From the NCBI GenBank assembly GCA_025201805.1, contig MU619305.1:105585-169584 (forward strand): 64,000 nt of DNA. Direction: 5' to 3'. This document shows, piece by piece, positions 27,501 to 39,744 of this stretch. This stretch comes from Parasitella parasitica NRRL 2501 (taxonomy: Eukaryota; Fungi; Mucoromycota). Each line of letters starts with the position of its first letter. The stretch's first letter is position 1. The notes beneath the pieces were generated by a model. It ran no database searches, was not told the origin of the DNA, and was given only the letters and a program-made list of their open reading frames with translations. Position numbers and translations under genes: made by a program.

Positions 27501-28747
27501 CGAATAATTGCACTGATCAGGCTCAATTCTTTTGCTCTTCCAAAGCAGCCGTTATTAGGTAGAGTGAATACGCTTGCAATGTCAAATCTACCCAATAGGA
27601 ACGGCTTTATTAGGATGCCATTGCCAAGCTGCAATTGCTTTTGACATTCCTTTAAATCTTCTCTCAGCCCGTGAGCACTTGAATATCTTTCGTCGGGCGA
27701 CTATTTTCTGTCAACAACACAGACCACTCAATTATTGACAAAGTTCACTTTTTACATACCTTGTTGGTCAATTTTTCAATAATCATCGATATTATCACAG
27801 GCGTTTCTGGAAGGACTTCATGGAGAGACGGCAACTTTTTGTTTAAAACATGGTGTACAATCTCCATTGGGCTGCTATGAGCAAATGGCATAGACTGTGT
27901 GAGCGCTACAAAGAACGTAATGCCAAGACTGTACAGATCTGTGCGATGATCAGGCTGAAATGTGGTGCGTCCAGTTTGCTCAGGAGACATGTACATTAGC
28001 ATTTGCAAGAAATTGTTTGCCCCGTTTCGTTGCACAGTTTTTCTCCAACCTTCAGACGTTAGGCTTTGTTCCAGGCTGCGAGATCCAGAGCCAAAGTTCC
28101 AAATCTTGACAGGATTGTCCTTTGGCCATAAAAAAGCATTCAACTTGATTTCACCATGCACGACTACAAGCACGTTAGTATATATTTCAGACTGAGGCGA
28201 TCGGATAAATACTTTGATGCTTGTGTATCATTTCCAAACAGTTGCAGCACTGGATGGCAAATTCGAGGAATTGGTGCATAGACATAAAGGACTCCATAGG
28301 GCGCTGTGCTTTATCATTCAAAGTAGGGCTCTGGTGCAAAAATTCAGGAGTATTGCTCGACTGATACTTGTCTAGCAAGTTGTCACGGAAATCCTCGTAA
28401 ATGAATGCAATTAGACTTTGGTTGGACAGGGTGATTCTGTCCAACGGTTTACATAAAAGATCTTTAGCAGATGGTTGCCTGTATAAGCGTTGCACAATGT
28501 GATATTCTCTTTCTAAACGGAGCGGTTGGTGTGACAATTTTGCTACGACTGGCTGTTTGTCTCGGTTTCTAAGTGGTAAAGATTTAGACTAAATTACNNN
28601 NNNNNNNNNNNNNNNNNNNNNNGCATACCTAATGCCATGGGCAATGGCTACATTATCGACTCCTTCTAGCAAAATAGGTTTATCAAAGTGGTACCCTGTT
28701 ACTTGGATGGCAGTTTCCAAATCGGTAGAATTAGTCAGATTCTTCAT
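21513..28747 (-). CDS. Hybrid histidine kinase with N-terminal Ser/Thr-kinase-like, AAA/STAND ATPase, GAF, HisKA, HATPase and receiver domains (fungal group X, Chk1/Mak2-Mak3 type)
   Basis: [15 protein letters not shown] kinase motifs; Walker A GNTGVGKS, Walker [10 protein letters not shown]; H-box [12 protein letters not shown]; N-box [10 protein letters not shown]; G-boxes DTGIGI, GGTGLGL; REC AEDN..DHHMP..DG..ALTA..KP. First intron contains N-gap 28598-28622. Confidence 0.93.
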
Positions 28748-29532
28748 CAGTTGCTTTTTGTTCTTGATTTGGCGTTTATCCTATATATACATTAAAAGCA
28801 AAAATCGAAAGAAAAAAAAGAGAAAAGAGCCCTTTAACATTTGTATGTGTACAAAAATTCTTCGACTGCTCCTCTCCTGGTTAAACCGCCGCGACTGACT
28901 GCAACGCAGCAAATCACATTTGCGACCAGTTTTCTAAATTCTGTCTGCTACATGACCCCTTTTAAAAGGTTTAAATCGTCAGGTCTGATGAGCCGAGGTC
29001 CTCAGAACTCTGTGCCTGCGAGATATGGCGTTAGCGTAGTTCATTTGAGATGTTTTCGAAAAGAAAACGATTGCCACGCATTTTTCATGTGTGCAGTGGC
29101 CATTTCTCCGTTGATACAGGGGCTTTCAATATTCCATATACATTGCAACCGACATTGTCGCTGATCCTATACGTACAGTTGGTAGTTGCTGTAATCCACA
29201 GTGTATGTGATGTCTCATAACGTATGCGATATTCACATCTGGCCGATAAAATTTACAACACTTTAATACGTATTGAGCACACGGTGTCATAAATCAAATA
29301 TTCTTTAAAAGGAAACATAGATGTTCAGAGCACACATACACAGACATTTATATATACCATGTGTGTATACAGTACTTGCGCGGCTTTATTGCATGCCAAC
29401 TTACGTCTATCTGCTGCTTTTTGGGGAATATTCACTAATGCTTGTAAGCAATATCCGTTGTTTTCCTTTCTTGATTCTCAAAGGTCTTGCCAATCACCAA
29501 GAAGCTGGGAGTTTTCCTCAAATCATTCATGG

Positions 29533-29721
29533 TCAATTCTTGCGGCGAGCGATTGTATTTGCAAATGAGTGCCATTTGATCGAGATCTATACAGACCCGG
29601 CGTATGAAATGCGTTGCAATCGACCTATGCAGCCCCACAATCTTTCAATTTTGCTTTGAGCTTTGCTGTCAAAAGAAACCCATTGTGATCCGTTAGCATA
29701 TGCCCATTCAATGGCTGTCAT
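29533..29721 (-). pseudogene. Pseudogene of a small WWE-like domain protein
   Basis: MTAIEWAYANGSQWVSFDSKAQSKIERLW then *VDCNAFHTP, VCIDLDQMALIC and TIARRKN* in different frames; WWE-like W..W..E and D..M..IAR pattern broken by frameshifts/stop. Confidence 0.6.
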
Positions 29722-30900
29722 TGTCCTATATTGTGTCGATGATCGAAGAGAGCTTGTGTTATTGAACAGAATTGAAATGTCAAGTCGTCTAAATATATAT
29801 ATATACGGTATACGTATGTATTTCGAGCATGGCAAGATTCAACAAGCTAAATATACTCGTGGGTTTTTTTTGTCAAAATTGCATAATTCCCTTTCGACTG
29901 TTTTTATACCTTGAAAAGTATCATATGCTATACGATTCAAAAGAAACAAGATCCTATTTCAGTAACTTTGCTCACAAGGTAGGTAGGTCATTGTTCATTA
30001 GGAAATATGCATTCCTAAACTTGGCTGTCTTCTTTGGACTTGTATCACAAATAACACCTCAAAAGATGATAAACTGATCTTCTGGCACCTTCTTCCCAAC
30101 GCCTCACTCCATTTCAATTTTTTAATTTGTAACTTTTAATAAGAATAGGCGATAGTTTAAAGCTGAGAGAAAAAAGCGCAGTTCCGTATAGCCTTTAAGT
30201 TACTTTAATTGACACATTTCCAAAAAAAAAAAAAAAAAAGACATAATCCGGCTTGTAAGGCAGACTTTTAATTTCCTTACATGGCACAAATGGATTCGCA
30301 GATGAAAGATATATAGGTTGGTCAACTCTGCATCTACACAAAGATTTCCCTCGAGTGGTTGTCTGTTTGCAGATTTTCGAGATTAAATAATAGTCTGTGC
30401 AAAATCTTCAATATGTCCTTGGAGGCGGGCCTATATTTTATGTACCATTAATTTTTGGAAACGTGTCTATTTTACATTATAAAACTGATTGTGTCAACAA
30501 TTTTTGTTCCATTAGTTTTAGGAAAAAAGTATTACTAAATCCGTTTAATGAAAATGGCATATTTTCACCAAAGCATTTGGACGAATCATAAAACCATGTA
30601 TCCAAGTTCGAATTCTTTGATGTTATCAGCATTTTGAATACATTCTCTAATGCATACTTACTCGGACAATTCGATTTTCGTAGTTAGCAATAATATACAG
30701 TGCATCAGGTATCAAATACCAAAGTATTCACAAAAAAGTTGACCTTTCTCGACACTCCCAAAGAAGAGTTCAGTTCGTTTCACTTGACTCGAAAAAAAAA
30801 GACAAAATTTGCTTAGATTAAAACTAAAAGCTGATAGATTATCAATTTATTTACAAAAGTTCTTTAAAACTTTTATGTGTAGGGCAAAAAATCAAATGAT

Positions 30901-32492
30901 TTACTTCTTGCTAGCCTTGGCGGCAGCCTTGGTGATCTTACCAGCCTTATCAACCTTCTCAACAGCCTTGATGACACCGACAGCAACAGTTTGACGCATA
31001 TCACGGACAGCGAAACGACCAAGAGGAGGGTAATCAGTATAAGCTTCAACACACATAGGCTTGGAAGGAATCATCTTGACAATGGCGGAATCACCAGACT
31101 TGACAAACTATTGAAAATAAAAGGTTAGATTTCATAAACTTCAAATTATGTCGCAAAACTTGCCTTGGGGCTATCTTCCATCTTCTTACCTATAAGCAGG
31201 GAAGCAAAAACGGGTTAATGACATATTCCAAATGAAAAAATTTATATCCGAATTAAAAAGAGATTATAGCACTTTGAACTACCATGCATTTAAAATGGAA
31301 TATAAATGCAAAATCAAACTCTCAAATTCGACGGAGGCAAGTACTTACCGGAACGACGATCGATCTTCTCAATGAGTTCATCGAACTTACAGGCAATGTG
31401 AGCAGTGTGGCAATCAAGAACTGGTGCGTAACCAGCAGAGATTTGACCGGGGTGGTTCAAGATAATAACTTGAGCGGTGAAAGAACCAGATTCCTTAGCG
31501 GGGTCGTTCTTGGTGTCGGAACAGACGTTACCACGACGGATGTCCTTAACGGAAACGTTCTTGACGTTGAAACCAACATTGTCTCCGGGAAGACCTTCGG
31601 GAATAGTTTCGTGATGCATTTCAACGGACTTGACTTCGGTGGTGACATTAGCGGGGGCAAAGTTAACAACCATACCAGCCTTGATAACACCAGTTTCAAC
31701 ACGACCAACGGGAACTGTACCAATACCACCGATTTTGTAAACATCTTGGAGAGGAAGACGAAGAGGCTTATCAGAAGGACGGACGGGAGGTTCGATAGCA
31801 TCGATAGCCTCAAGAAGAGTTTTACCGGTCTTGGCTCCAGCCTTAGTTTCCTTGTTCCATCCCTTGAACCAAGGCATGTTTTTGGATTCATCCAACATGT
31901 TATCACCGTGCCAGCCAGAAATGGGAACAAAAGGAACGGCCTTGGGGTTGAAACCAATCTTCTTGATAAAGTTGGAAACTTCCTTGACAATTTCAGTGTA
32001 ACGATTTTCAGACCACTTGGTGGTATCCATCTTGTTGATGGCGACAATCAATTGACGAACACCCAAGGTGAAGGCAAGGAGAGCGTGTTCACGGGTTTGG
32101 CCATCCTTAGAGATACCAGCTTCGAACTCACCAGTACCACCAGCAATGATAAGAATAGCACAATCGGCTTGAGAAGTACCAGTAATCATGTTCTTGATGA
32201 AATCACGATGGCCGGGAGCATCAATGACAGTGACCATGAACTTGGGGGTCTCGAACTTCCAGAGAGCGATATCGATAGTGATACCACGCTCACGTTCAGC
32301 CTTGAGCTTATCGAGGACCCAAGCGTACTTGAAGGAACCCTTACCAAGTTCGGCAGCTTCCTTCTCGAACTTTTCAATGGTACGCTTATCGATACCACCA
32401 CACTTGTAGATCAAATGACCAGTGGTGGTAGACTTACCAGAATCGACGTGACCGATAACGACAACGTTAATGTGAGTCTTTTCTTTACCCAT
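30901..32492 (-). CDS. TEF1: Translation elongation factor 1-alpha; exons 32492-31349, 31189-31164, 31107-30901 (plus a 5'UTR intron ~32502-32557)
   Basis: [23 protein letters not shown]..., near-universal eEF1A sequence ending [13 protein letters not shown]. Confidence 0.99.
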
Positions 32493-32590
32493 ATTGAATA
32501 GCTATGCTATGATGTTTAGTATTCTGATGGATGGATGGATGTATAGTAAGAGATTACCTTTTAGTGGATAGAAGTTAGGGAGGGAACATA

Positions 32591-32773
32591 ACGCATTCCA
32601 AAAATTTGACTGTATTTAAAGGAAAAATTTTTTTTGTGGCGCTTTTAGTCACATCTGGATACAACAAGTCCCCAAACAAAACGCATTCCGAAAATTTGAC
32701 TGTATTTAAAGGGAAAAAAAATTTTTGTGTGGCTCTTTTAGTCACATCTGGATACAACAAGTCCCCAAACAAA
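32591..32773. repeat. Tandem duplication (~90 + ~93 bp) in the TEF1 promoter
   Basis: acgcattccRaaaatttgactgtatttaaagg...ttttagtcacatctggatacaacaagtccccaaacaaa occurs at 32591-32680 and 32681-32773 with few differences. Confidence 0.95.
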
Positions 32774-34196
32774 AAGCCACCTGTAATTCATACTGTCCTT
32801 TTGCAGTTTCTGATAAAAAAAGTCCAAGTAAATGATAAAGGAATGGCGATTGTGAAGATATATATTAGGGTTTCTGGCAAAAAACTAAGAAGTTTCTGAG
32901 AGAAGAGGAATGTCTTCCTAAAAAGATTTCAAGTGAGGATTTTCATATTCAGAGAAAAAGAGCGGTTGCTTTGTTTCACTCATAGTGAAAATACAAAGAG
33001 AATGTGTTGTGAATTAAGCTACCTACATCATATCTTTAAATTCAAGGTAGTATTTATAAAAAGTTACGGTTGTTTATTATTGACAAACATCTGTGATTCT
33101 GTGTGTAAATGTATCTGTTGACTTTGGATCAAAAGCCTTTGATTGAATTGAGCAAGGTTGAAGAGCTTTATTTTATGTCCTTGAAACACAAATGTTTCTA
33201 TATAGAAAATTTTTTATGAGTGGGTGTGTTATCCTGGTGGCAGATTGTTCCATATTCTCTGGTATTTTTTTATACCCTCGGTTGATTTGGCGTTTTCTAG
33301 TGTAGGAGGTTTTGTCTGACATATACCAAGCTGGGTTCTCTATATCCAGTTGCACAGTAGAACAGCTAGTCAAACTTGTCCATCTTTTTCATAATATTGG
33401 AATGGTTCAAAAGTGTGCGCCTTTGTAAGCCATAGTAGATTTTAGGCGCCTAATTTTATTTTTTTTGTCTGCACAAACTTCAGTGTGTTATTGTCTGAAA
33501 AAAGACAAAAACTGTAAGAAAACAATGTTTAGCAATCTCAAACACAAAAACGAGTAATTTAAAATATTGCATTAGACTATAAGGCATCTTTTGGTTACAT
33601 AATTGTGTAGTTTAGAGCAAGTTTTTGTACTTTTTAAGTTGAACTCAAATGAAGGTAGCGACTTTTTCTGAATTTTTTCGGAAAAATATTTTTCGAAATT
33701 AGAGCGTGAGATCGTCAGGCTAGGTACAGGCATGCAAGTAAAACCATTAAAATGCCAAAAAGCACACTATTTAGGTGAACTAAATGCAATTGTTTTTCGC
33801 TTGAATTGGGTAAGCTATGGCTTCTCAAAGCTGATTCTTTCTTCAAAAAACCACCATTTTTCTTTGATAACGGAGATTAAACGTGTCCAAAAACAGAATT
33901 TCCATTTGGACGAAATTACTCTTTTGAGGCAAGATATCATCCTCCGATACTATGCATACCACCGCTGTCAGTCTATGATAATAGCTGTATTTTTGGACGC
34001 TTTATACGATGGTATTATTTCATAAATTTCGTATGCTTATGGAAGGAGTTATATCGAGAAAACCTCAAAACAGATCAAGAGGGAAAATTCAATATTTTGC
34101 TTAATCAGAGCGTATTTTCAGACTTTCAGATTAAGGGATGGTCTTTTACGATCATTTTCTTCTAATATATGACATAGTAAAAAGCTGAATTTTTGA

Positions 34197-34383
34197 NNNN
34201 NNNNNNNNNNNNNNNNNNNNNNNNNNNNNNNNNNNNNNNNNNNNNNNNNNNNNNNNNNNNNNNNNNNNNNNNNNNNNNNNNNNNNNNNNNNNNNNNNNNN
34301 NNNNNNNNNNNNNNNNNNNNNNNNNNNNNNNNNNNNNNNNNNNNNNNNNNNNNNNNNNNNNNNNNNNNNNNNNNNNNNNNNNN
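34197..34383. other. Assembly gap (N run) at the LINE 3' end; other gaps at 28598-28622, 59438-59447, 61887-61896
   Basis: N characters in sequence. Confidence 0.99.
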
Positions 34384-34389
34384 ACTATA

Positions 34390-37300
34390 TTACAAAATGT
34401 TAAGAGCCGATAAGTGTCGCAAATTGACCATGGCACGATCCACGATGGATTGGTTGTCAGGGGCAACTGCATCAAAATAATGTTGCCATTTGGCACGCCA
34501 GACAGAAGTCAGTAGACATGTAACCGCTTCAAAAACAGAAACTTTCAATTCGGAGTCCAGAAGACGGTATCCCTGTAGGTTTAACGACATTACATCTTGA
34601 GATACCTGATCCATATTCAGTGGACCAGAAGGCACAAAAACCAAGGCAAAGTAGTTTTGCCAAGCATCAGCATGAGATGGACAAGTGAACAACATGTGGG
34701 CAGTAGTCTCACGACCGCCACAGAAAACACACATTTCATCCGGCAGCTTGAGGATAGGCCGCAAATTCACCTTAGATGAGACTTTGTTATGTAGCAAACG
34801 AAACCAAAGATTACGCGCTGAGCTGGGCATCCGCGTATGGAGGAAGGAGGATATAGCAGTAAAGCGATGAACATCCAGCGCTGGGCGGTTGATTGGTGGG
34901 TGATCTCGCATATACATCGTTCGCAGCTGAGAATTAGTCATGGACAAGACCAATATTCCTTGGTAGATGAACTTAGAACGAAAATACGGCGAGAAGTCAA
35001 CACCACTGCCCGCGGCACTCAGAGAAGGGCCAGAGGGAGAAGACAAGTATACGTTGATGGACGAGATGAAGGACAGAGCACCCGAATTTACCGCTCGAAG
35101 AATCTTTGTCAACAGGCCAGGGTTGGGACAGCTGCTTCGAGCTTTAAAGACTAGAGCCTCGGATAAGCGACTTGGTTCTAAGAAAGTGCTGGCCGGTTTT
35201 TGTCGTATCTGTCTGTGGTGAACAATGCTACGGGCAGCGTCATCATGTTGACATAGGGCAACGAGAGGAAAGTTCAGCAGCGTGTCAAAAGACAATTGGC
35301 TTTGATCCCAGGAATCATCAATATAAAAGGCATCGACAGAGCGCAAAATTGGGAGGAGGCAATGTAGGCCAGTCAAAGGCGAGCCCCAGCGAAAGTTCTT
35401 AAACAACAATGGTAACTGCACGTAGGGAGCCCCATACGTTACTTGTATGAACGTTGAGAGGAGCTGCAGGAGGAAACTAGGCAGCTGCTGCTCACCTGGG
35501 GCGTCTATCAGGAGAGCCCTGACATAACGCTGCTGTAATATATGTTGTTGCACAGTTATGTCGAAAACTGCCAGACCACCATCTTCTTTGGGTAAGTAAA
35601 TGACAGATTTCCTCATAGGCGGAAAGATCCTGTAGCATATAAATTGGTAAATCATAGAGGATATCTTCCTGATAAAGGCCAAAGGGAACGTAGTAATCCT
35701 CAATACGTGCCAGAATCTAGCCAGGAACAAAGTATTGGCCATTTTTGCCCGGCCGTACACAGAGATATTACGCGTTAAGTGGCGGTCGAGGGACGCCTGT
35801 AACTTGAGGATACTTTCTTCACAAAACTTCGTCCTTTGGTGGACACCAAACCAGATGGGGTACCCAAGGTATTTCATATAGGACGCACTATTTGAATCGT
35901 GCCATTGGAATTGAAGGCGCCGTGAGAGGCGGAACAAATCTGGACGTACGATGGACCTGTCCCCAGAGAGGGGGAAAGCGACCGACTTATGATAATTAAC
36001 CCTAGCATTGGATGCACGGCCATAGCATGATATATGATCCTGAATGGCCTGCATCTCGACACTACTGTTGACAATGACTAATAAATCATCAGCATAAGCT
36101 AACAGTTTAATGGGAGCAGGAGATGGCACTTGAAGGTTCGATGATTTGACGGCCTTGGTGTTCAAGGAGTATCCTTTGATACTGGGATCATTTAAGATGG
36201 CTAGCAGTAGAGGTTCCAAGGCAAAGTTAAAGAGCACTGGAGAAATGGAATCCCCCTGGCGTAGTCCCCGTTTCTGCTGTACAGAATCTGTCAAAAACCC
36301 GTTAACGTTAATCACTATTTGGTTCTTAAAGAACAAATTGCGAATGCTTGTGATGAATGTGGAGGGAAAACCAAACTGTTGCAATACTTTGCAAATGTAG
36401 TTCTCGTTGACATAATCATATGCTTTAGCGCTATCGATGGCCACCCCAAGAGCTCGGTTGGAATATAGTTGAGCGTCTTCCATCAGAATTCGCAGAGCGA
36501 GGCCGTGATCGCCAATAAAACGGTTAGGCATAAAACCCGCTTGTTGTTGCGTAATCACCTGATTAGCAGCATCAATCACCCGAGAATTCAAAATTCTAGT
36601 GAATACCTTGCAATCAGTATTTATCAGGGAGATGGGCCTCCAATTGGCAAGATCCTTAAGGTCTCCTTGTTTTGGAAGGAGGACTATGCAAGTTTCCTGC
36701 CAAGAGGGAGGGAAGATACCAAGATTTAAAGCGTCATTATATATTTGAAGAGCCAAATTCTGACACTCAGGGTGAGCCAAAATCAAACGAAGGATAGGAT
36801 ATGGAAGTCCGTCCCGCCCAGGGCTGCTGACCTTTGGACAACGAGCGGCAGATTGGAGGATATCATCGATATCTATACGCGAGATAATGAAATCCGCGTC
36901 TTCGACAGAAATTGTCTTCTGAATTCCTCTAAGCAACTTATCCATTGAGTACCTATGAATTGGCTCTGGGGAGTATAATACATGATAAAAGGAATGTACC
37001 GCATCCAGCTTTTCCAATGTAGAGGAGCAAAGGGCGTTCGAGGTGGGGTGAATGAGAATGTCCATCTTTCGCTGAGCAAGGCGACGTTCCCCAGTCGCTT
37101 TCAGAAAACCTGCTGAATTCTCGTTGTTGTCAAGCCAACGTCTACCCGCTTTTAAGCTTGCATTTCGAGCCAGTTCATGTTCCAGATACGCTATATTATG
37201 TTCAAGCTTTGGTAGGCGTTCCTGCAAAGCCGTTTGATCGTGTTTGTACTGTCTCATCAGTTGATTTCGTTTGCTTTGAAGCTCTTTTAAGCGTTCTTTT

Positions 37301-38269
37301 CGCCAGGAAGAACGATTGCTGCAGTAAGCTTTAGTTAACTTACGAACGTAGCCTTTTAAGCGATCCCATTTGATTTGATTGCTATCAGAAGAATGAGCAA
37401 GGATGCTCTGCATAAAGTGCGAAATACCAGAGTTAATCTTCTGAATATAAGACTTATAATGAACGAGGTCTGGATTTGCTCGCCATAATCCTTTCCCAGT
37501 ATTCGACAGTTGTATCTTCAAGCTGACCGTCAGTAGATGGTGATCTGTCCACGTATTGGATGTTGTTGTCAAAGTAGAGATCTTTTAAAAGCCGACCAAC
37601 CATGATATAGTCGAGGGTTTTGATCACTCGCCCTCGAACAAAGGTTGGTAGAGTTTCAAAAAAGGGATCGCTGTAATTGTTGTTGCAGTCATGCAGAAAT
37701 GAATCTGTAAAGTTCACAAATGCTGTTGGTTGCTTACTAGGTATATTGCCAGGCAATCGTAAATCATACTGAAAATTGAAATCACCAGCAAGAATCAGAC
37801 GTTCCAGTATATCACCATAATTATCTAGCGATTTGAGATATGCTATCAAATTGTTGTAAAAAACGGTTTTGTTTTGTATAGTATCCGCAGGTGCATATAC
37901 GTTGAGTACGTATATAGGCAAAAAGTTTGGCTCTGCAGGTACCGATAATTTCGCCAATATAAATCTACCATCATTGGAGGAGTGTATTTTTTCCATGTTG
38001 ATATTCTTGTTAAAATTCAATAATCCACATTGGGATGTCCATAAGCTTTGATAAGATTGAAATTTCATGTTGAGCATGGCTGTCCGATCTTCAAAGTGTA
38101 GTGAGGGTATATGGGTTTCTTGGCAGGCAAAAATGTCAAATTTTTGCAACCTCAAATACCGAATAAAAGAATCAGATAATTGGGGATTGTTGACTTTGAG
38201 TAGATATCTACAATTAAGTGATCCAAATTTGATATTCAAGGTTTGGCTATAATTATTATGATTACTCAT
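34390..38269 (-). pseudogene. LINE ORF2 (APE endonuclease-reverse transcriptase-zinc finger), frameshifted near 37552
   Basis: EN: SLNCR, ACQETH, NVYAP, AGDFN, TLDYI, WTDH; RT: WRPISLINTDCK, KAYD, RQGDSISP, YADD, YLG; CVFCGGRETTAHMLFTC. EN and RT are in different frames. Confidence 0.9.
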
Positions 38270-38274
38270 AATAA

Positions 38275-39744
38275 TTATAACGTTAAAGAAGTGTTGGTGG
38301 ATTGCTTCTGCCCCTTAGCAACCCCACCACTTACGCGAGCCCCAAAACTGGAATGACCCAACGCCTTGTTACCTTTCATCTGTTTGATCGTTTTCTGCTT
38401 CTTGTTTTTGGCCTTCTTGAGCAGCAGACGTTGTTTGGCCAGAACTTGTTCAATAGAGACATTGGTCTCTTCAGCTTCCTTGGCAGCTTCAAACATGTCC
38501 AAGTCGCTATCATCAACATCAGAGCCCATGTCGGCATCAGACATATCTTCTCTCTCCTCCTGATGGTGGGCATCATTGCTACTCTCCGGGAGAGCCGGGT
38601 CAATTTGGTCGGGAGCTCCCAGGGCATCATGGTGATCTACCACCAGATCGGCCTGGGTAGAAGTCGTACCGTCAGCAACCTTCGACGGTCCTTCATGCTC
38701 TGAGGTAGACCCCTCAATCTGCTGGACGATAGTTGGCGAGTCGTCGTTAGAGGCTATCTGAGAGGGAGCAGCAGAATTGGCAGATTCCTTGATAATCGTG
38801 GTGTCATCAGGAGTACTTGGCTGATTGGGCGACTTATGGGCTGCATTACGTTTGGCAATCTTTTTAGCCATCTTGTTGAGGTTCCACCAAGCCTCTGGGC
38901 AGCCAGCTTGCAAATGATCAGAGTGACCACAAATGTAACATTTCTTCATCTTACGTATCATTGTGGGGCAGTTACCGAAGACATGATCGGTGACATGACA
39001 GCGACTACAACTAGGCTTCATGTTAGTGTACGTGAGCGTTAGATTTTCATTATCGTCCCAAGATTCCATTTGAGGTGTCAAATCCTTATAGTCCTTTCCC
39101 GGCAGTCTGTTCAAAGTAACAAAGCCTCGACCGGTGAACCAGTGACCATGTACAGTGTACAGTAGACCCATTTCCAGAATTTCACCATAGTATTTAAAGA
39201 TATCGCTCATATGTTCCTTGAGGATGGCCTCGTCCTCAAAGGGTAGATCACTGATACTAACTCGAATGATAGTAGCATCCTTGGGGAAGGTTCGACTGAC
39301 AGTCACCTTCTTGTCTTTGTAAGCAAAATCTTTCTTCAGGGCCTCTTCCCTGGCTGCTGCTGTACGAAAATTGATTTCGAAGTAGTGAGTGCCTTTGGTT
39401 GCATTACGAATGCGAAGTCCAAGTGCTTCCGGGTATTGCTCCCGAAGTAGAACGCCGAGTTCCTTAAAATTGACATTTGCCTCAGTAAACTGAGCACCGT
39501 CAATTACTATGGAGTTTTTACCCTTGGCGTGGATGTACAGTTTTCCACCCTCAGACAGTTCTCCTAGTTCAGCTGCTGTCCTGCGTCCTAAATCAAAGCA
39601 ATCCCTTGCTTGATTAGACTTGATTACCTGTGCGTATGAGCGCATTGGGTCTTTTTGTTTGTTTGGGTTATGGCGAGAATCTCCAGTGTTTCCACCAATG
39701 AGATTCCTTCCTGTAGTCAATGTTTGTTTGTCGGAAAGAGCCAT
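38275..39744 (-). CDS. LINE ORF1 (gag-like nucleic-acid-binding protein)
   Basis: CSRCHVTDHVFGNC and CYICGHSDHLQAGC zinc knuckles, RRM-like YGEILEMGL..WFTGRGFVTL region; first ATG 39744. Confidence 0.9.
   Translation of the reverse strand: MALSDKQTLTTGRNLIGGNTGDSRHNPNKQKDPMRSYAQVIKSNQARDCFDLGRRTAAELGELSEGGKLYIHAKGKNSIVIDGAQFTEANVNFKELGVLLREQYPEALGLRIRNATKGTHYFEINFRTAAAREEALKKDFAYKDKKVTVSRTFPKDATIIRVSISDLPFEDEAILKEHMSDIFKYYGEILEMGLLYTVHGHWFTGRGFVTLNRLPGKDYKDLTPQMESWDDNENLTLTYTNMKPSCSRCHVTDHVFGNCPTMIRKMKKCYICGHSDHLQAGCPEAWWNLNKMAKKIAKRNAAHKSPNQPSTPDDTTIIKESANSAAPSQIASNDDSPTIVQQIEGSTSEHEGPSKVADGTTSTQADLVVDHHDALGAPDQIDPALPESSNDAHHQEEREDMSDADMGSDVDDSDLDMFEAAKEAEETNVSIEQVLAKQRLLLKKAKNKKQKTIKQMKGNKALGHSSFGARVSGGVAKGQKQSTNTSLTL

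Noticed and set aside
31284-32501. 405-aa ORF antisense to EF-1alpha
   Set aside because: Mirror frame produced by strong codon bias of a highly expressed gene; no independent coding signal.
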